Shown piece by piece: positions 30,955 through 42,642 of a DNA stretch of 64,000 nucleotides; the stretch's first letter is position 1, and the number at the start of each line of letters is the position of its first letter. Under the pieces are notes generated by a model. The model saw nothing but the letters and a program-made list of their open reading frames with translations, searched no databases and was not told the DNA's origin. The stretch spans positions 2,166,440 to 2,230,439 of the forward strand of contig OZ252243.1 in assembly GCA_965249555.1 (NCBI GenBank). The letters run 5' to 3'. This DNA comes from Nitrosopumilus sp. Its GTDB lineage: Archaea > Thermoproteota > Nitrososphaeria > Nitrososphaerales > Nitrosopumilaceae. The position numbers were made by a program, and so were the translations under genes.

Positions 30955-33744
30955 CTAAAATGAGATCATCGTTTTTAGTGCTCTATATGACACATACAAA
31001 ATTCCCAATACAAACAATATCCAAAATACTCTTTCAGGTAGCAATTCAGTCCAAAGGGACTCATCGTATGGAACTAGCTCAATTGCAGTTAGATTATGAT
31101 TGGTGATTTTTCCACCCCATTGGTTTTGAGCTGTAATGTCTATGGGATTCTCATTTGGCAAGATTATCATGCATCCGTCATTACAAGATATGTTTTTTGC
31201 AGGAGCGTCATTAATTGTTACATTAGTTATTTTTCCAAAATGCAGGTAATATGGAATTGATACTGCAGTAGTTGCACGCTTTATGTCAAGATAGTTATCA
31301 GTATGCATGTTCACAGAGTATTCCAGTGGATGTTTCATGTACAGGCCATCAAATGGAATTGTATTTGTTTTTTGTTTGTCATTTCTGGTTGCAGATATTT
31401 CTGCACTGACATAGTATGGCCCTTCAGGAAATACTCTTGGAGATTGGTTGATAAGGTATTGCACAGGACTATCCAATGATGTGTCATTCCCATACAGATA
31501 ATTCTCAAACAAATAATCCTGCATCGCCCCATCATAGTAGATGGCAGTCTTGTTGAGCAAAAACTCACCAGTGTGTGACTGGATGTTTTGCGGCACATTC
31601 ATCTCATACAGATCAGACAAATGCATGTATGCAAATTCCTCGTCATCATCTTTGTGGTAATTCAGATAAAAATCAACCAGACTAATCAAAGTATTTGTGG
31701 AATCAGCAAAGTTCACCATACCTATTACCACATCTTCATCTACAAGTGCGACACTAATAGCATCATCACAGAATTCCTTCTCACAAGGAATGTTCTCTGA
31801 GACATACTTGTATGCAGTCACATTAAATGGTGTGCTAAAAAATCCCCAAGGATACTCGTATGTGCCATATGCCAAATAGACTGCATCTTTTCCTCCAAAG
31901 TTGGTGCTTCCAAAAGTGTTGTATGAAGTTACGTTGATGAAATTTTTCTCCAAGTAACTATCATTAATAGATACATCCAAGAGTAATTGTGAAAATCCGG
32001 CAGAATCAATCTGCACATCCTGTATGGTATGATTCATGCTTAGTGTTGGACCTGCAAAGGAATCTGCAAGGGTGTGATTTGTAATCATATTTCTTACAGA
32101 ATCCAAGATACTCATATCTGCAATGCTGGAACCATCTGAGAGAAAAACATCAGGATTGGTGACATTAATTATTTTTCCAAAGTTATCGCTTTGAACAAAT
32201 ACACTGTAAATGTCAGTTATCTTTACACGTCTGTCAGGGTATAATCCTGCAGGATCGTCTGCACATCCGCCAACAGAGCCATCATACTTTATTGCCGCAC
32301 TGTAACGATTATCAAATGAACTATTACCAGCATCTGCCAAGTATGACCAGAATTGTATTTTAGAAATTATAGGATCATAGCATACAACAAGTGGAGTTGC
32401 AATGGACTGGTATAGTCCTATGTATCTATTCAGATTGTACATTTCAGATTCATGATGTATTGATGCCAATCCCAACATATCATATGAATAATGAGTAGAT
32501 ATCATATCTCCATTAGTGGTATGATGCGTGCTTGGAGATATCATGCTATCTGACAATTTTACATCGCATGAATAGTCATCACATGATGTATGATATATCT
32601 CATTTATCGTATTTTGTGTAATGACATTATCAAAGGTAAGTGTACCTGCACGGTTCTCTTTGAATGGAGCGTCAGGTATACTGTGAATGCCAATCACATC
32701 ATCCAAATAATATGTACCGTCATTGTTTCTAAAATAAAATCCGTCTGAATCATAGAGTTGCAAATATTTGAACAAAATATCTCCATATGGGGATAAAATG
32801 TTTGGTGAAATGGAATCAGTATCAGTTTTAGTGTAGGATTTGCATTTATCACCATCACAGTCAAGCCCAGTTCCCCTTACACTGATGCTTATTTTATCTT
32901 CAGAGTCTTTTGAGATGCATTGATCAGTTTCAATTGATTCATCGTAATTTATTCCAAGTTTATCTAGTTCCTCAAAAAGACATATTTGTTTTGAGTTATC
33001 CACATCAGTATTAATTTCAATGTGCCCAAACACACATCCGCTATGTTTGGACAAGTCTGAGCAATTACTTTTCACAATACTGATGAATTTATCCACAGAA
33101 TTTCTATCCTCCAAGACATGCTCATCTACTCCTATGCTGTATTGTATCTCATCTTGTACCAGATGCCATGATTGTGTTACAATTCTGTGCAACGGTTTAC
33201 AAAAGTAACACGTACTATCAGGTCGAGTCAGTTTGCTCTGTTGTTTAGTAGGAGGTACATCCTCACGTATTGATATTATGGGGCTTTCTGCCAATATTGG
33301 AGTGGATGTATTTTTGCAGTTAGAGCCTGCCCCAATGTAGCACCCCCTCACATCGTGTCCCAACACCTCATAATAGTGGAACGTCTTTAGATATTTTGGA
33401 GTCCATTTGTACAAAATTATAGCATGTGATTTTGGATGTGGGTTATTATCTGAAATTACAAGGGCAGACTCAAAAGTAAGATTCTCAGAACCGACAAGAG
33501 GTTTTAGTGAAAATGATGTGCATGTATCTGTGCCAGAATATTTGAACAGAAAATGAATCGCATCTCCAGGGTATACAGAACCGTTTGGATTATTTCTCAT
33601 ATTACCATCATAGAATGTTGGCGAAATGTTATTGATATTATGGATATTTACAGAACATGGCTTGTCATATACGGCATATGCCATCCCACCAAACATGACA
33701 CAAAATACACAAAACATTGCAATTCCAAAAACAATTATCTTCAT
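30955..33744 (-). CDS. large secreted Cys-rich protein with C-terminal membrane anchor
   Basis: 929-aa ORF with signal peptide and terminal TM helix plus basic tail; start overlaps the upstream stop. Confidence 0.8.
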   Translation of the reverse strand: MKIIVFGIAMFCVFCVMFGGMAYAVYDKPCSVNIHNINNISPTFYDGNMRNNPNGSVYPGDAIHFLFKYSGTDTCTSFSLKPLVGSENLTFESALVISDNNPHPKSHAIILYKWTPKYLKTFHYYEVLGHDVRGCYIGAGSNCKNTSTPILAESPIISIREDVPPTKQQSKLTRPDSTCYFCKPLHRIVTQSWHLVQDEIQYSIGVDEHVLEDRNSVDKFISIVKSNCSDLSKHSGCVFGHIEINTDVDNSKQICLFEELDKLGINYDESIETDQCISKDSEDKISISVRGTGLDCDGDKCKSYTKTDTDSISPNILSPYGDILFKYLQLYDSDGFYFRNNDGTYYLDDVIGIHSIPDAPFKENRAGTLTFDNVITQNTINEIYHTSCDDYSCDVKLSDSMISPSTHHTTNGDMISTHYSYDMLGLASIHHESEMYNLNRYIGLYQSIATPLVVCYDPIISKIQFWSYLADAGNSSFDNRYSAAIKYDGSVGGCADDPAGLYPDRRVKITDIYSVFVQSDNFGKIINVTNPDVFLSDGSSIADMSILDSVRNMITNHTLADSFAGPTLSMNHTIQDVQIDSAGFSQLLLDVSINDSYLEKNFINVTSYNTFGSTNFGGKDAVYLAYGTYEYPWGFFSTPFNVTAYKYVSENIPCEKEFCDDAISVALVDEDVVIGMVNFADSTNTLISLVDFYLNYHKDDDEEFAYMHLSDLYEMNVPQNIQSHTGEFLLNKTAIYYDGAMQDYLFENYLYGNDTSLDSPVQYLINQSPRVFPEGPYYVSAEISATRNDKQKTNTIPFDGLYMKHPLEYSVNMHTDNYLDIKRATTAVSIPYYLHFGKITNVTINDAPAKNISCNDGCMIILPNENPIDITAQNQWGGKITNHNLTAIELVPYDESLWTELLPERVFWILFVLGILYVSYRALKTMISF

Positions 33745-36476
33745 TTCGGTGTGCGGTATGTTTTGATTATTGAGAGAATTCTGTCTCTTTTGATAAATAC
33801 AAACATCAACAGTACAATACCTACAACACTTAACACAAGGCCTGAATAGTCTGGTCTGTATACAGCACCAGTTGAAAAGCTCTCAGTTGCAGTAATGATT
33901 ACAATATCAGAGTATACGTCATATCCTGAAGGCAAATACTCCCAATAGTCAAACACATCACGTATCAAAAATCCTACAACATCTCGCGGCGGTGCAGAAA
34001 TAGTTACAGTTTCGCCATAATCATACACACCGCCACCGTTTGCATTGCCAGTTACAATGTTGATTACTCTGCCATATGTTACAGAAATATCTGCAGGCAC
34101 CAAAAGAGAGATATCAATTACTGGGAAATCATACTGTATTCCAGATATGGTAACATGATCAAAAGAGTATCCAGTAGAGTCAATAATTAGTGATGACTTA
34201 AATTCAAAATGCATATCACCGCGAGGAATATCTACATCTCCCGGAGCAGACACCATAACAGTTTGACCTTTATGTGAAATAGATACAGATGATGGGATTG
34301 ATACGCCATCAGTTGTAACAGACTGTATGGTTAATGCAATTCCGTCATTGATGTAATAAGATGTGTTGGCGTGGTGTGTCTCAAATCCGGGCTTTGAGAC
34401 TAGAAATGAAACGTCATAATTGCCTAAATAATCAGGGAGTAGTGTTATGTAATCATCATTAATGATGTGAGGAATTGACGTTACAACATTAATGGTTGCA
34501 CCAGATGGAATTGTATAGGGGATGACAAATTCAGAACCAATGCCAATAGAGTCATTTCCTAATTCAAAAGATATATCATCATACTCGAATTGATTATTGA
34601 AGACAGGTAGTGTCTTTGCTGCAAACCCTATTGCATTCTCAAACAGTATGAATTTCGAATCAATCTCACATGAAAACAATCCATCCTCATCATCGCATTT
34701 GCTTTGAAGATGTTCCCGTATGTCGGATATTGGCTGTCCATCAGAATCAGTCAAAAATGCATATGCAGGAAATTTCTCTCCACTGTGAACTGTTTTTGGC
34801 ATTTGAATATCTATATCAAAACTAGATGTTGGTTTGTAGGAATTGGAAGTTATGATGTCCCTATCATTTGCAAGTATTGTGATTGTTGGGTATGATATTG
34901 CAGACTTTCCCTTGATGATGTTTATTGCCTTATCCAAGTATATTGATTTTTTTGCAAACTGTATATCATCAGATAGTAACGTAACTTGCAAATCCCCAAA
35001 TGTAACATGTGGATTGATGACATATCCTGCAGAATCCAACACAGACACTGCAAAGAGCGGCCTATCCTGTATAGTATCAATGGAAGGGAGAGATTGTATG
35101 GACATGTCATATTTTGCAGGAGATGTAATTTGCAGTTCTGTAGTTGCTGTATCTAAAGTGACAGTTGAAGATATTGATATTGTGTGATTTCCAAGAACAC
35201 TGCCGTATATTGGAATTATCTGAGATTGAGTCTGTCTCTGATCATTTTCAAAGTGTATTAGGTTATCATGAATTAAATTCTGAGATGTTATGAAAAAATC
35301 AGTTCCAACATCACCATACGTTGGAAATAGTTTAGAGTTTACGTCCTTGTATAAAGACCACACAAGATATGCAGAATCAGAAGTTATTGTGGGAAAGATA
35401 TTGGCAACTATGGTGTCAGGCGTATTAACAATCCTCAAGTTTCGAATGTATTGTTCACGTGATGTAGGGTGAGAATCACCTACATCACAGCCTGTGTATC
35501 CTGCACCAATCAAGTCAATATCACATCCATTCAATAGGGCTTGCTCACTGATGCTTTGTTCTGAATCAGGCAAGTTACTCACAGATATTGTCTTTGATGC
35601 AGTTCCATATCCTGGAACATTTATGGTAATTGATGATTCTCCAGGATCATTTGTGGTTATTTTTTTCATTAAAAATCCTTCACGCAGATACACTGTATTG
35701 GAGGAACCTGAGAATCCATCAATGCCTATTATGTCACCATCAGATACGTGAAGAGTTGATTTTATTGGAAGTACTGGCTCTAGTGGAACTCCATTCTCAG
35801 TAAGCCATACAAACAGATATGCAAATGAATAGGGGGCAATTACATATGGTGCAATGCCAATGTGCACCTCTTTTTGTGCCATGGAATAATCAATGTAAAC
35901 TGTATCAGACGTTGATGAGTCAGTATATGCAGTTATTGTACCATCACCTGCAATGTTTGCAGAAAAAAATGCATGAGAATTACCTGCAGTAATTTGTAGT
36001 TGTTTTGGAACATCAATGTTTTGTGTTGCAAACTTTACAAAAACGTCTTGTTCAGGATATATGGGATTAAAAAAATCATCCACCAAAAATACCATTCCCT
36101 GCACATCTGATGTTGATGTCTTTTCTGGAAGTAGCAAAAATATGTTGTAATCTTTTTTCTGGTCTGTTACAATTGATGTTGTGGCATTGTAATAAATATC
36201 ATCATCATGCGCAATTACTGTGGCATCACCGAATCCATGTAATAGTATATCGAAGATTGCATGATTCTGATCAGGTGCCATATACAAAGAATCAGGAACA
36301 TCAATAATGTCTGAATCAGATACAAGTGTTATGATTTGTGGTTCTTTAGAGTCATCACGGATAAACACTCCTCTATAATTTTCAGAGATTAGCATGTCTG
36401 ATGGAATAAACAGCTCATTAGCATATGCTAATGGTGTAATGGTAAAAAGAAAGAAAAATAGAACTAGCCTATACAT
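33741..36476 (-). CDS. large secreted Ig-like repeat protein with C-terminal membrane anchor
   Basis: Likely start MYRLVLFFF; GGGVYDYGETVTISAP...FDYW repeat-like segment; terminal TM helix. Confidence 0.8.
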   Translation of the reverse strand: MYRLVLFFFLFTITPLAYANELFIPSDMLISENYRGVFIRDDSKEPQIITLVSDSDIIDVPDSLYMAPDQNHAIFDILLHGFGDATVIAHDDDIYYNATTSIVTDQKKDYNIFLLLPEKTSTSDVQGMVFLVDDFFNPIYPEQDVFVKFATQNIDVPKQLQITAGNSHAFFSANIAGDGTITAYTDSSTSDTVYIDYSMAQKEVHIGIAPYVIAPYSFAYLFVWLTENGVPLEPVLPIKSTLHVSDGDIIGIDGFSGSSNTVYLREGFLMKKITTNDPGESSITINVPGYGTASKTISVSNLPDSEQSISEQALLNGCDIDLIGAGYTGCDVGDSHPTSREQYIRNLRIVNTPDTIVANIFPTITSDSAYLVWSLYKDVNSKLFPTYGDVGTDFFITSQNLIHDNLIHFENDQRQTQSQIIPIYGSVLGNHTISISSTVTLDTATTELQITSPAKYDMSIQSLPSIDTIQDRPLFAVSVLDSAGYVINPHVTFGDLQVTLLSDDIQFAKKSIYLDKAINIIKGKSAISYPTITILANDRDIITSNSYKPTSSFDIDIQMPKTVHSGEKFPAYAFLTDSDGQPISDIREHLQSKCDDEDGLFSCEIDSKFILFENAIGFAAKTLPVFNNQFEYDDISFELGNDSIGIGSEFVIPYTIPSGATINVVTSIPHIINDDYITLLPDYLGNYDVSFLVSKPGFETHHANTSYYINDGIALTIQSVTTDGVSIPSSVSISHKGQTVMVSAPGDVDIPRGDMHFEFKSSLIIDSTGYSFDHVTISGIQYDFPVIDISLLVPADISVTYGRVINIVTGNANGGGVYDYGETVTISAPPRDVVGFLIRDVFDYWEYLPSGYDVYSDIVIITATESFSTGAVYRPDYSGLVLSVVGIVLLMFVFIKRDRILSIIKTYRTPK

Positions 36477-36515
36477 AACAACATAAATTAAAATTGAATT
36501 TAAAGAACATAAAAC

Positions 36516-37957
36516 GTATGAATCAAGCACTTAGATGTATTTTGCCATCTCAGAAAACATGTTCAATTCCCTTATTCTCCATGTCTCAAAGCATGTGAGA
36601 AAGACTGAGATCATCCTCATGCCCTGATCACTCTTCATCTGCCCGCGAACATTCCTCTGCATCACGCACTTTCGAATGGAATTCTCTGCATCATTGTTAG
36701 TTGACGGGACATCGCCATCCATGACAAACGTAAACATGCTGTTCCTTGCAGTCTTTAGCTTCTTGCCAAACTGAACCATCTCCATATCACCTTTCAAATA
36801 TCGTGCAATGATACGGTCTAGCTGTTTTAGTAAATCATCCCTGTACGTTTCCCGCCGTTTTGTATGACGATTACCTACACTCCAAACCCTGGCATGACCT
36901 AGCATATCTGAGAGTTTCTCGTATAGAATCCTTGCCTTTTTGTCCTGTGATTTTATTGCCAGATATTTGGCATCGCGCTGCAGGTGTGCAGTGCATCTCT
37001 GCTTTGTGTTATCACAAAATACTGTCCTGTACGGAGCATATCCGTCAGACACTAGGGTTCCTTTGAATTTCTTCCAGTACTTTTTTAGAACATTGGCACC
37101 TCTGCTGTACTCCAAGGCATACTGTGCACTAGTCTTGCTTCTTGCAACCCACATCCATCCAGTATTTCCATCAATTGAAAATCCTGTCTCATCGATTCCG
37201 AGAATATTTTCAGTCACGATTTCGCTGTGGATTGTATTGTAAAATGACTCTAACATCACACTACCGTTGCGAAGAATGGATTGTACGGTTGTATTGCTGA
37301 TTTCTAATCCATATCTTTCATAGAGTGTGGTTCTGATAGCATCGTATGTCAATCTCTTTGAGAACAGTGAGACGACCTCACGTATCACTGAACCATCAAA
37401 ACATCCATGTAGTGGAAGGTTTCCCGTGGTTTGAAAATTATCAGAACAGTCCATGCAGATGTATTGATTCAAAACATGCTCAGTTATACCGTAGGGTGTT
37501 GGTGGAGGAATCTCAACCATTATCCTTTTGCAGGTTTTGGTTTGATGAATATTTTCACTACCGCATTTGGGACATGCATCTGATCTGTGGTGTTTGGTGC
37601 TAGTTGGTCTGAATTTCTGTGTCTTGCCAACGTGTCCTGCTATTCCACCACGTCTTGATTTGCCTGGCTGTCTGTGTTGTCTTTTTTGCTTTCTCCATTC
37701 AAGGGAATTCTTTGATGGCGGAGAGTGTGCATTCTCATAATATGACAGCTTTTTTTGCAGTTCCTTGTTTGATTCTATGAGATTTTCTATGATTAGCGGT
37801 AGTTGTTTTAACTTTTCTTGCAGTTGTTTTATCTCTGCTTGTAGCTGTATGATGATTTTCTCATGACCACAACCTGACATGTTTTGTATGATGATTTAGT
37901 TGATCTTAGATCTTTTTGTGTAATGATATTGATTTGTGCGTGAAGGTTGATACATAC
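36516..37957 (-). mobile_element. IS66-family element, tandem copy 1 (transposase 36531..37880)
   Basis: TIRs present; flanked by 8-bp CATAAAAC. Confidence 0.92.
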
Positions 37958-37965
37958 CATAAAAC

Positions 37966-39407
37966 GTATGAATCAAGCACTTAGATGTATTTTGCCATCT
38001 CAGAAAACATGTTCAATTCCCTTATTCTCCATGTCTCAAAGCATGTGAGAAAGACTGAGATCATCCTCATGCCCTGATCACTCTTCATCTGCCCGCGAAC
38101 ATTCCTCTGCATCACGCACTTTCGAATGGAATTCTCTGCATCATTGTTAGTTGACGGGACATCGCCATCCATGACAAACGTAAACATGCTGTTCCTTGCA
38201 GTCTTTAGCTTCTTGCCAAACTGAACCATCTCCATATCACCTTTCAAATATCGTGCAATGATACGGTCTAGCTGTTTTAGTAAATCATCCCTGTACGTTT
38301 CCCGCCGTTTTGTATGACGATTACCTACACTCCAAACCCTGGCATGACCTAGCATATCTGAGAGTTTCTCGTATAGAATCCTTGCCTTTTTGTCCTGTGA
38401 TTTTATTGCCAGATATTTGGCATCGCGCTGCAGGTGTGCAGTGCATCTCTGCTTTGTGTTATCACAAAATACTGTCCTGTACGGAGCATATCCGTCAGAC
38501 ACTAGGGTTCCTTTGAATTTCTTCCAGTACTTTTTTAGAACATTGGCACCTCTGCTGTACTCCAAGGCATACTGTGCACTAGTCTTGCTTCTTGCAACCC
38601 ACATCCATCCAGTATTTCCATCAATTGAAAATCCTGTCTCATCGATTCCGAGAATATTTTCAGTCACGATTTCGCTGTGGATTGTATTGTAAAATGACTC
38701 TAACATCACACTACCGTTGCGAAGAATGGATTGTACGGTTGTATTGCTGATTTCTAATCCATATCTTTCATAGAGTGTGGTTCTGATAGCATCGTATGTC
38801 AATCTCTTTGAGAACAGTGAGACGACCTCACGTATCACTGAACCATCAAAACATCCATGTAGTGGAAGGTTTCCCGTGGTTTGAAAATTATCAGAACAGT
38901 CCATGCAGATGTATTGATTCAAAACATGCTCAGTTATACCGTAGGGTGTTGGTGGAGGAATCTCAACCATTATCCTTTTGCAGGTTTTGGTTTGATGAAT
39001 ATTTTCACTACCGCATTTGGGACATGCATCTGATCTGTGGTGTTTGGTGCTAGTTGGTCTGAATTTCTGTGTCTTGCCAACGTGTCCTGCTATTCCACCA
39101 CGTCTTGATTTGCCTGGCTGTCTGTGTTGTCTTTTTTGCTTTCTCCATTCAAGGGAATTCTTTGATGGCGGAGAGTGTGCATTCTCATAATATGACAGCT
39201 TTTTTTGCAGTTCCTTGTTTGATTCTATGAGATTTTCTATGATTAGCGGTAGTTGTTTTAACTTTTCTTGCAGTTGTTTTATCTCTGCTTGTAGCTGTAT
39301 GATGATTTTCTCATGACCACAACCTGACATGTTTTGTATGATGATTTAGTTGATCTTAGATCTTTTTGTGTAATGATATTGATTTGTGCGTGAAGGTTGA
39401 TACATAC
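37966..39407 (-). mobile_element. IS66-family element, tandem copy 2 (transposase 37981..39330)
   Basis: Identical protein; flanked by CATAAAAC. Confidence 0.9.
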
Positions 39408-39415
39408 CATAAAAC

Positions 39416-40857
39416 GTATGAATCAAGCACTTAGATGTATTTTGCCATCTCAGAAAACATGTTCAATTCCCTTATTCTCCATGTCTCAAAGCATGTGAGA
39501 AAGACTGAGATCATCCTCATGCCCTGATCACTCTTCATCTGCCCGCGAACATTCCTCTGCATCACGCACTTTCGAATGGAATTCTCTGCATCATTGTTAG
39601 TTGACGGGACATCGCCATCCATGACAAACGTAAACATGCTGTTCCTTGCAGTCTTTAGCTTCTTGCCAAACTGAACCATCTCCATATCACCTTTCAAATA
39701 TCGTGCAATGATACGGTCTAGCTGTTTTAGTAAATCATCCCTGTACGTTTCCCGCCGTTTTGTATGACGATTACCTACACTCCAAACCCTGGCATGACCT
39801 AGCATATCTGAGAGTTTCTCGTATAGAATCCTTGCCTTTTTGTCCTGTGATTTTATTGCCAGATATTTGGCATCGCGCTGCAGGTGTGCAGTGCATCTCT
39901 GCTTTGTGTTATCACAAAATACTGTCCTGTACGGAGCATATCCGTCAGACACTAGGGTTCCTTTGAATTTCTTCCAGTACTTTTTTAGAACATTGGCACC
40001 TCTGCTGTACTCCAAGGCATACTGTGCACTAGTCTTGCTTCTTGCAACCCACATCCATCCAGTATTTCCATCAATTGAAAATCCTGTCTCATCGATTCCG
40101 AGAATATTTTCAGTCACGATTTCGCTGTGGATTGTATTGTAAAATGACTCTAACATCACACTACCGTTGCGAAGAATGGATTGTACGGTTGTATTGCTGA
40201 TTTCTAATCCATATCTTTCATAGAGTGTGGTTCTGATAGCATCGTATGTCAATCTCTTTGAGAACAGTGAGACGACCTCACGTATCACTGAACCATCAAA
40301 ACATCCATGTAGTGGAAGGTTTCCCGTGGTTTGAAAATTATCAGAACAGTCCATGCAGATGTATTGATTCAAAACATGCTCAGTTATACCGTAGGGTGTT
40401 GGTGGAGGAATCTCAACCATTATCCTTTTGCAGGTTTTGGTTTGATGAATATTTTCACTACCGCATTTGGGACATGCATCTGATCTGTGGTGTTTGGTGC
40501 TAGTTGGTCTGAATTTCTGTGTCTTGCCAACGTGTCCTGCTATTCCACCACGTCTTGATTTGCCTGGCTGTCTGTGTTGTCTTTTTTGCTTTCTCCATTC
40601 AAGGGAATTCTTTGATGGCGGAGAGTGTGCATTCTCATAATATGACAGCTTTTTTTGCAGTTCCTTGTTTGATTCTATGAGATTTTCTATGATTAGCGGT
40701 AGTTGTTTTAACTTTTCTTGCAGTTGTTTTATCTCTGCTTGTAGCTGTATGATGATTTTCTCATGACCACAACCTGACATGTTTTGTATGATGATTTAGT
40801 TGATCTTAGATCTTTTTGTGTAATAGTGTTGATTTGTGCGTGAAGGTTGATACATAC
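39416..40857 (-). mobile_element. IS66-family element, tandem copy 3 (transposase 39431..40780)
   Basis: Identical protein; left-end variant TAATAGTGTT; followed by CATAAAAC and a fourth end remnant at 40866. Confidence 0.9.
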
Positions 40858-40896
40858 CATAAAACGTATGTATCAAGCACTTTGGATGTATATCAT

Positions 40897-42474
40897 GGCT
40901 CTGGTCAATCTAGGTGATCTGACATAATATAGGGATGCGGATCTCTCTGAATTGAATTTCATGCTGAACTTTCCCCATACAGATCACCAAAACTATACAG
41001 TACATATTTTGGGAAATTCCGACTTGATAGACGTTATACGAAATCTTTTTCCCATCTTGTGATGTATACCTACTGTTGGGCCTGAGAGTTGAATGAATAC
41101 TGCCATGTACAAGGGCGTTTGATAGACTAACTCAAAGTGAGCGGAAAACAAAATACCACATAGATGGTGAATGGGAGCATTCCGCTAGATCAGGCAATTT
41201 GATCAAAAAGGAGGTGATAATATGATCAGCATAGGAATTGATGTTCACAAGAAGAAATGTGTTGCAACAAAATAGGAATCCAGAAAGAAGCTAGAGCAGA
41301 CAAGCTTTGATAATACCACAAATGGAATAATGGGTTTTATCAAACATATCAAAAAGACATATGGCAATGACATACAGGCAGTGTGCGAATCAACTGCAAA
41401 CTATTGGATCAGACTACATGACACACTAGAGGACCATGGAATTGATACAATTCTTGCACATCCTGCAAAGACCAAGATAATTGCACAGGCAAAGCTCAAA
41501 AACGACAAACTTGATTCAGACGTATTGGCAGACTTGCTAAGAGCAGACATGGTGTATGAATCATTCGTACCAGAAAAATACTATAGAGACCTACGTAGTC
41601 TGGTAAGAACCAGACTGAATCGCGTGCGAAATGTATCAAGACACAAAAACATGATTTATGCAATACTTGCAAAATATGATTACACCCAGCCTACAACAAA
41701 GACATTCTCGCAGAAAGGAGTACGATGGTTGCATGAAATTAATCTGAGTGAAGTTGACAGAATGGCAATGGATGCATATCTTGATACCATAGATATGACG
41801 CAAAAACAGATCAACACAATTGAGATAAAGATTGCAGCAATTAGCAATGAGGATGAGAAAACAAGACTACTAATGACCATTCCTGGAATAAACTATGTCA
41901 CGGCATTGACAATAATTTCAGAGATAGTTGACATCAGCAGATTTGCATCAGCAGAAAAACTAGTCTCATATGCAGGACTTGCACCATCACACAGGGATAG
42001 TGCAGATGTGCACCGAGGAGGCGGAATAACAAAGAGGGGTTCTGCATGGTTACGTAACGCAATGGTAGAGGCTGCAAATACTACAGTACGATTTGATGAA
42101 AGAATGGGATCATTCTATTTCAGAATTGCAAAGAGAAGAGGAAAACAAAAGGCAAAGGTGGCAGCTGCAAGACCGGATGCTTGCAATAATCCGGGTACAT
42201 GCTAACAAATTCTGAAAGTGTATCGCACACAAAATCATGAACTGACACAACGAAAGTATAAGATGCAAGGCATATCTGAGATGTCCTGATTCAGCAAAGC
42301 ACGCTAGTAAGTGTCCTCAGTAGGGTTGGAGATGATTTCGTATGGGAGTATTCAAGAATTTTTTATATCACTTCTGACCAGGGGTTTTTTCAAGGGGTCG
42401 GGCAATCTTGAGAAGATCCATATTTGTCACTTCTGACCACTATCTATGCTAGATCACCAGAACTGACCAGAGCC
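40897..42474. mobile_element. IS6-like MITE interrupted by IS110 element A
   Basis: TIR GGCTCTGGTCA / TGACCAGAGCC; uninterrupted homolog at ~21800-21976. Confidence 0.7.
41029..42348 (+). mobile_element. IS110/IS1111-family element A, full length, defective transposase (start 41222, in-frame TAG at 41273)
   Basis: Sub-terminal IR ATACGAAATC / GATTTCGTAT and AG core; GIDVHK, VCES, KNDKLDS, TIPGI and YAGLAPSHRDS motifs. Confidence 0.92.
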
Positions 42475-42642
42475 GAAATAGTTCTTCTATGGTTTTTGAT
42501 CCATAATTTTATCAAGATTAAATATTATTTAAAATGAATCATGAATTGGCGATTTTACCAAGTGTTTTGATTACTTGTATTGAACAAATGGTGAAATGAA
42601 ATAATATTTATTATATTTTGTAAAATCACAATAAGATATAAT

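Noticed and set aside
41273-41275. Amber readthrough of the IS110 transposase by the odd tRNAs
   Set aside because: None of the tRNA-like genes has a CTA anticodon, and the transposase has additional frameshifts.
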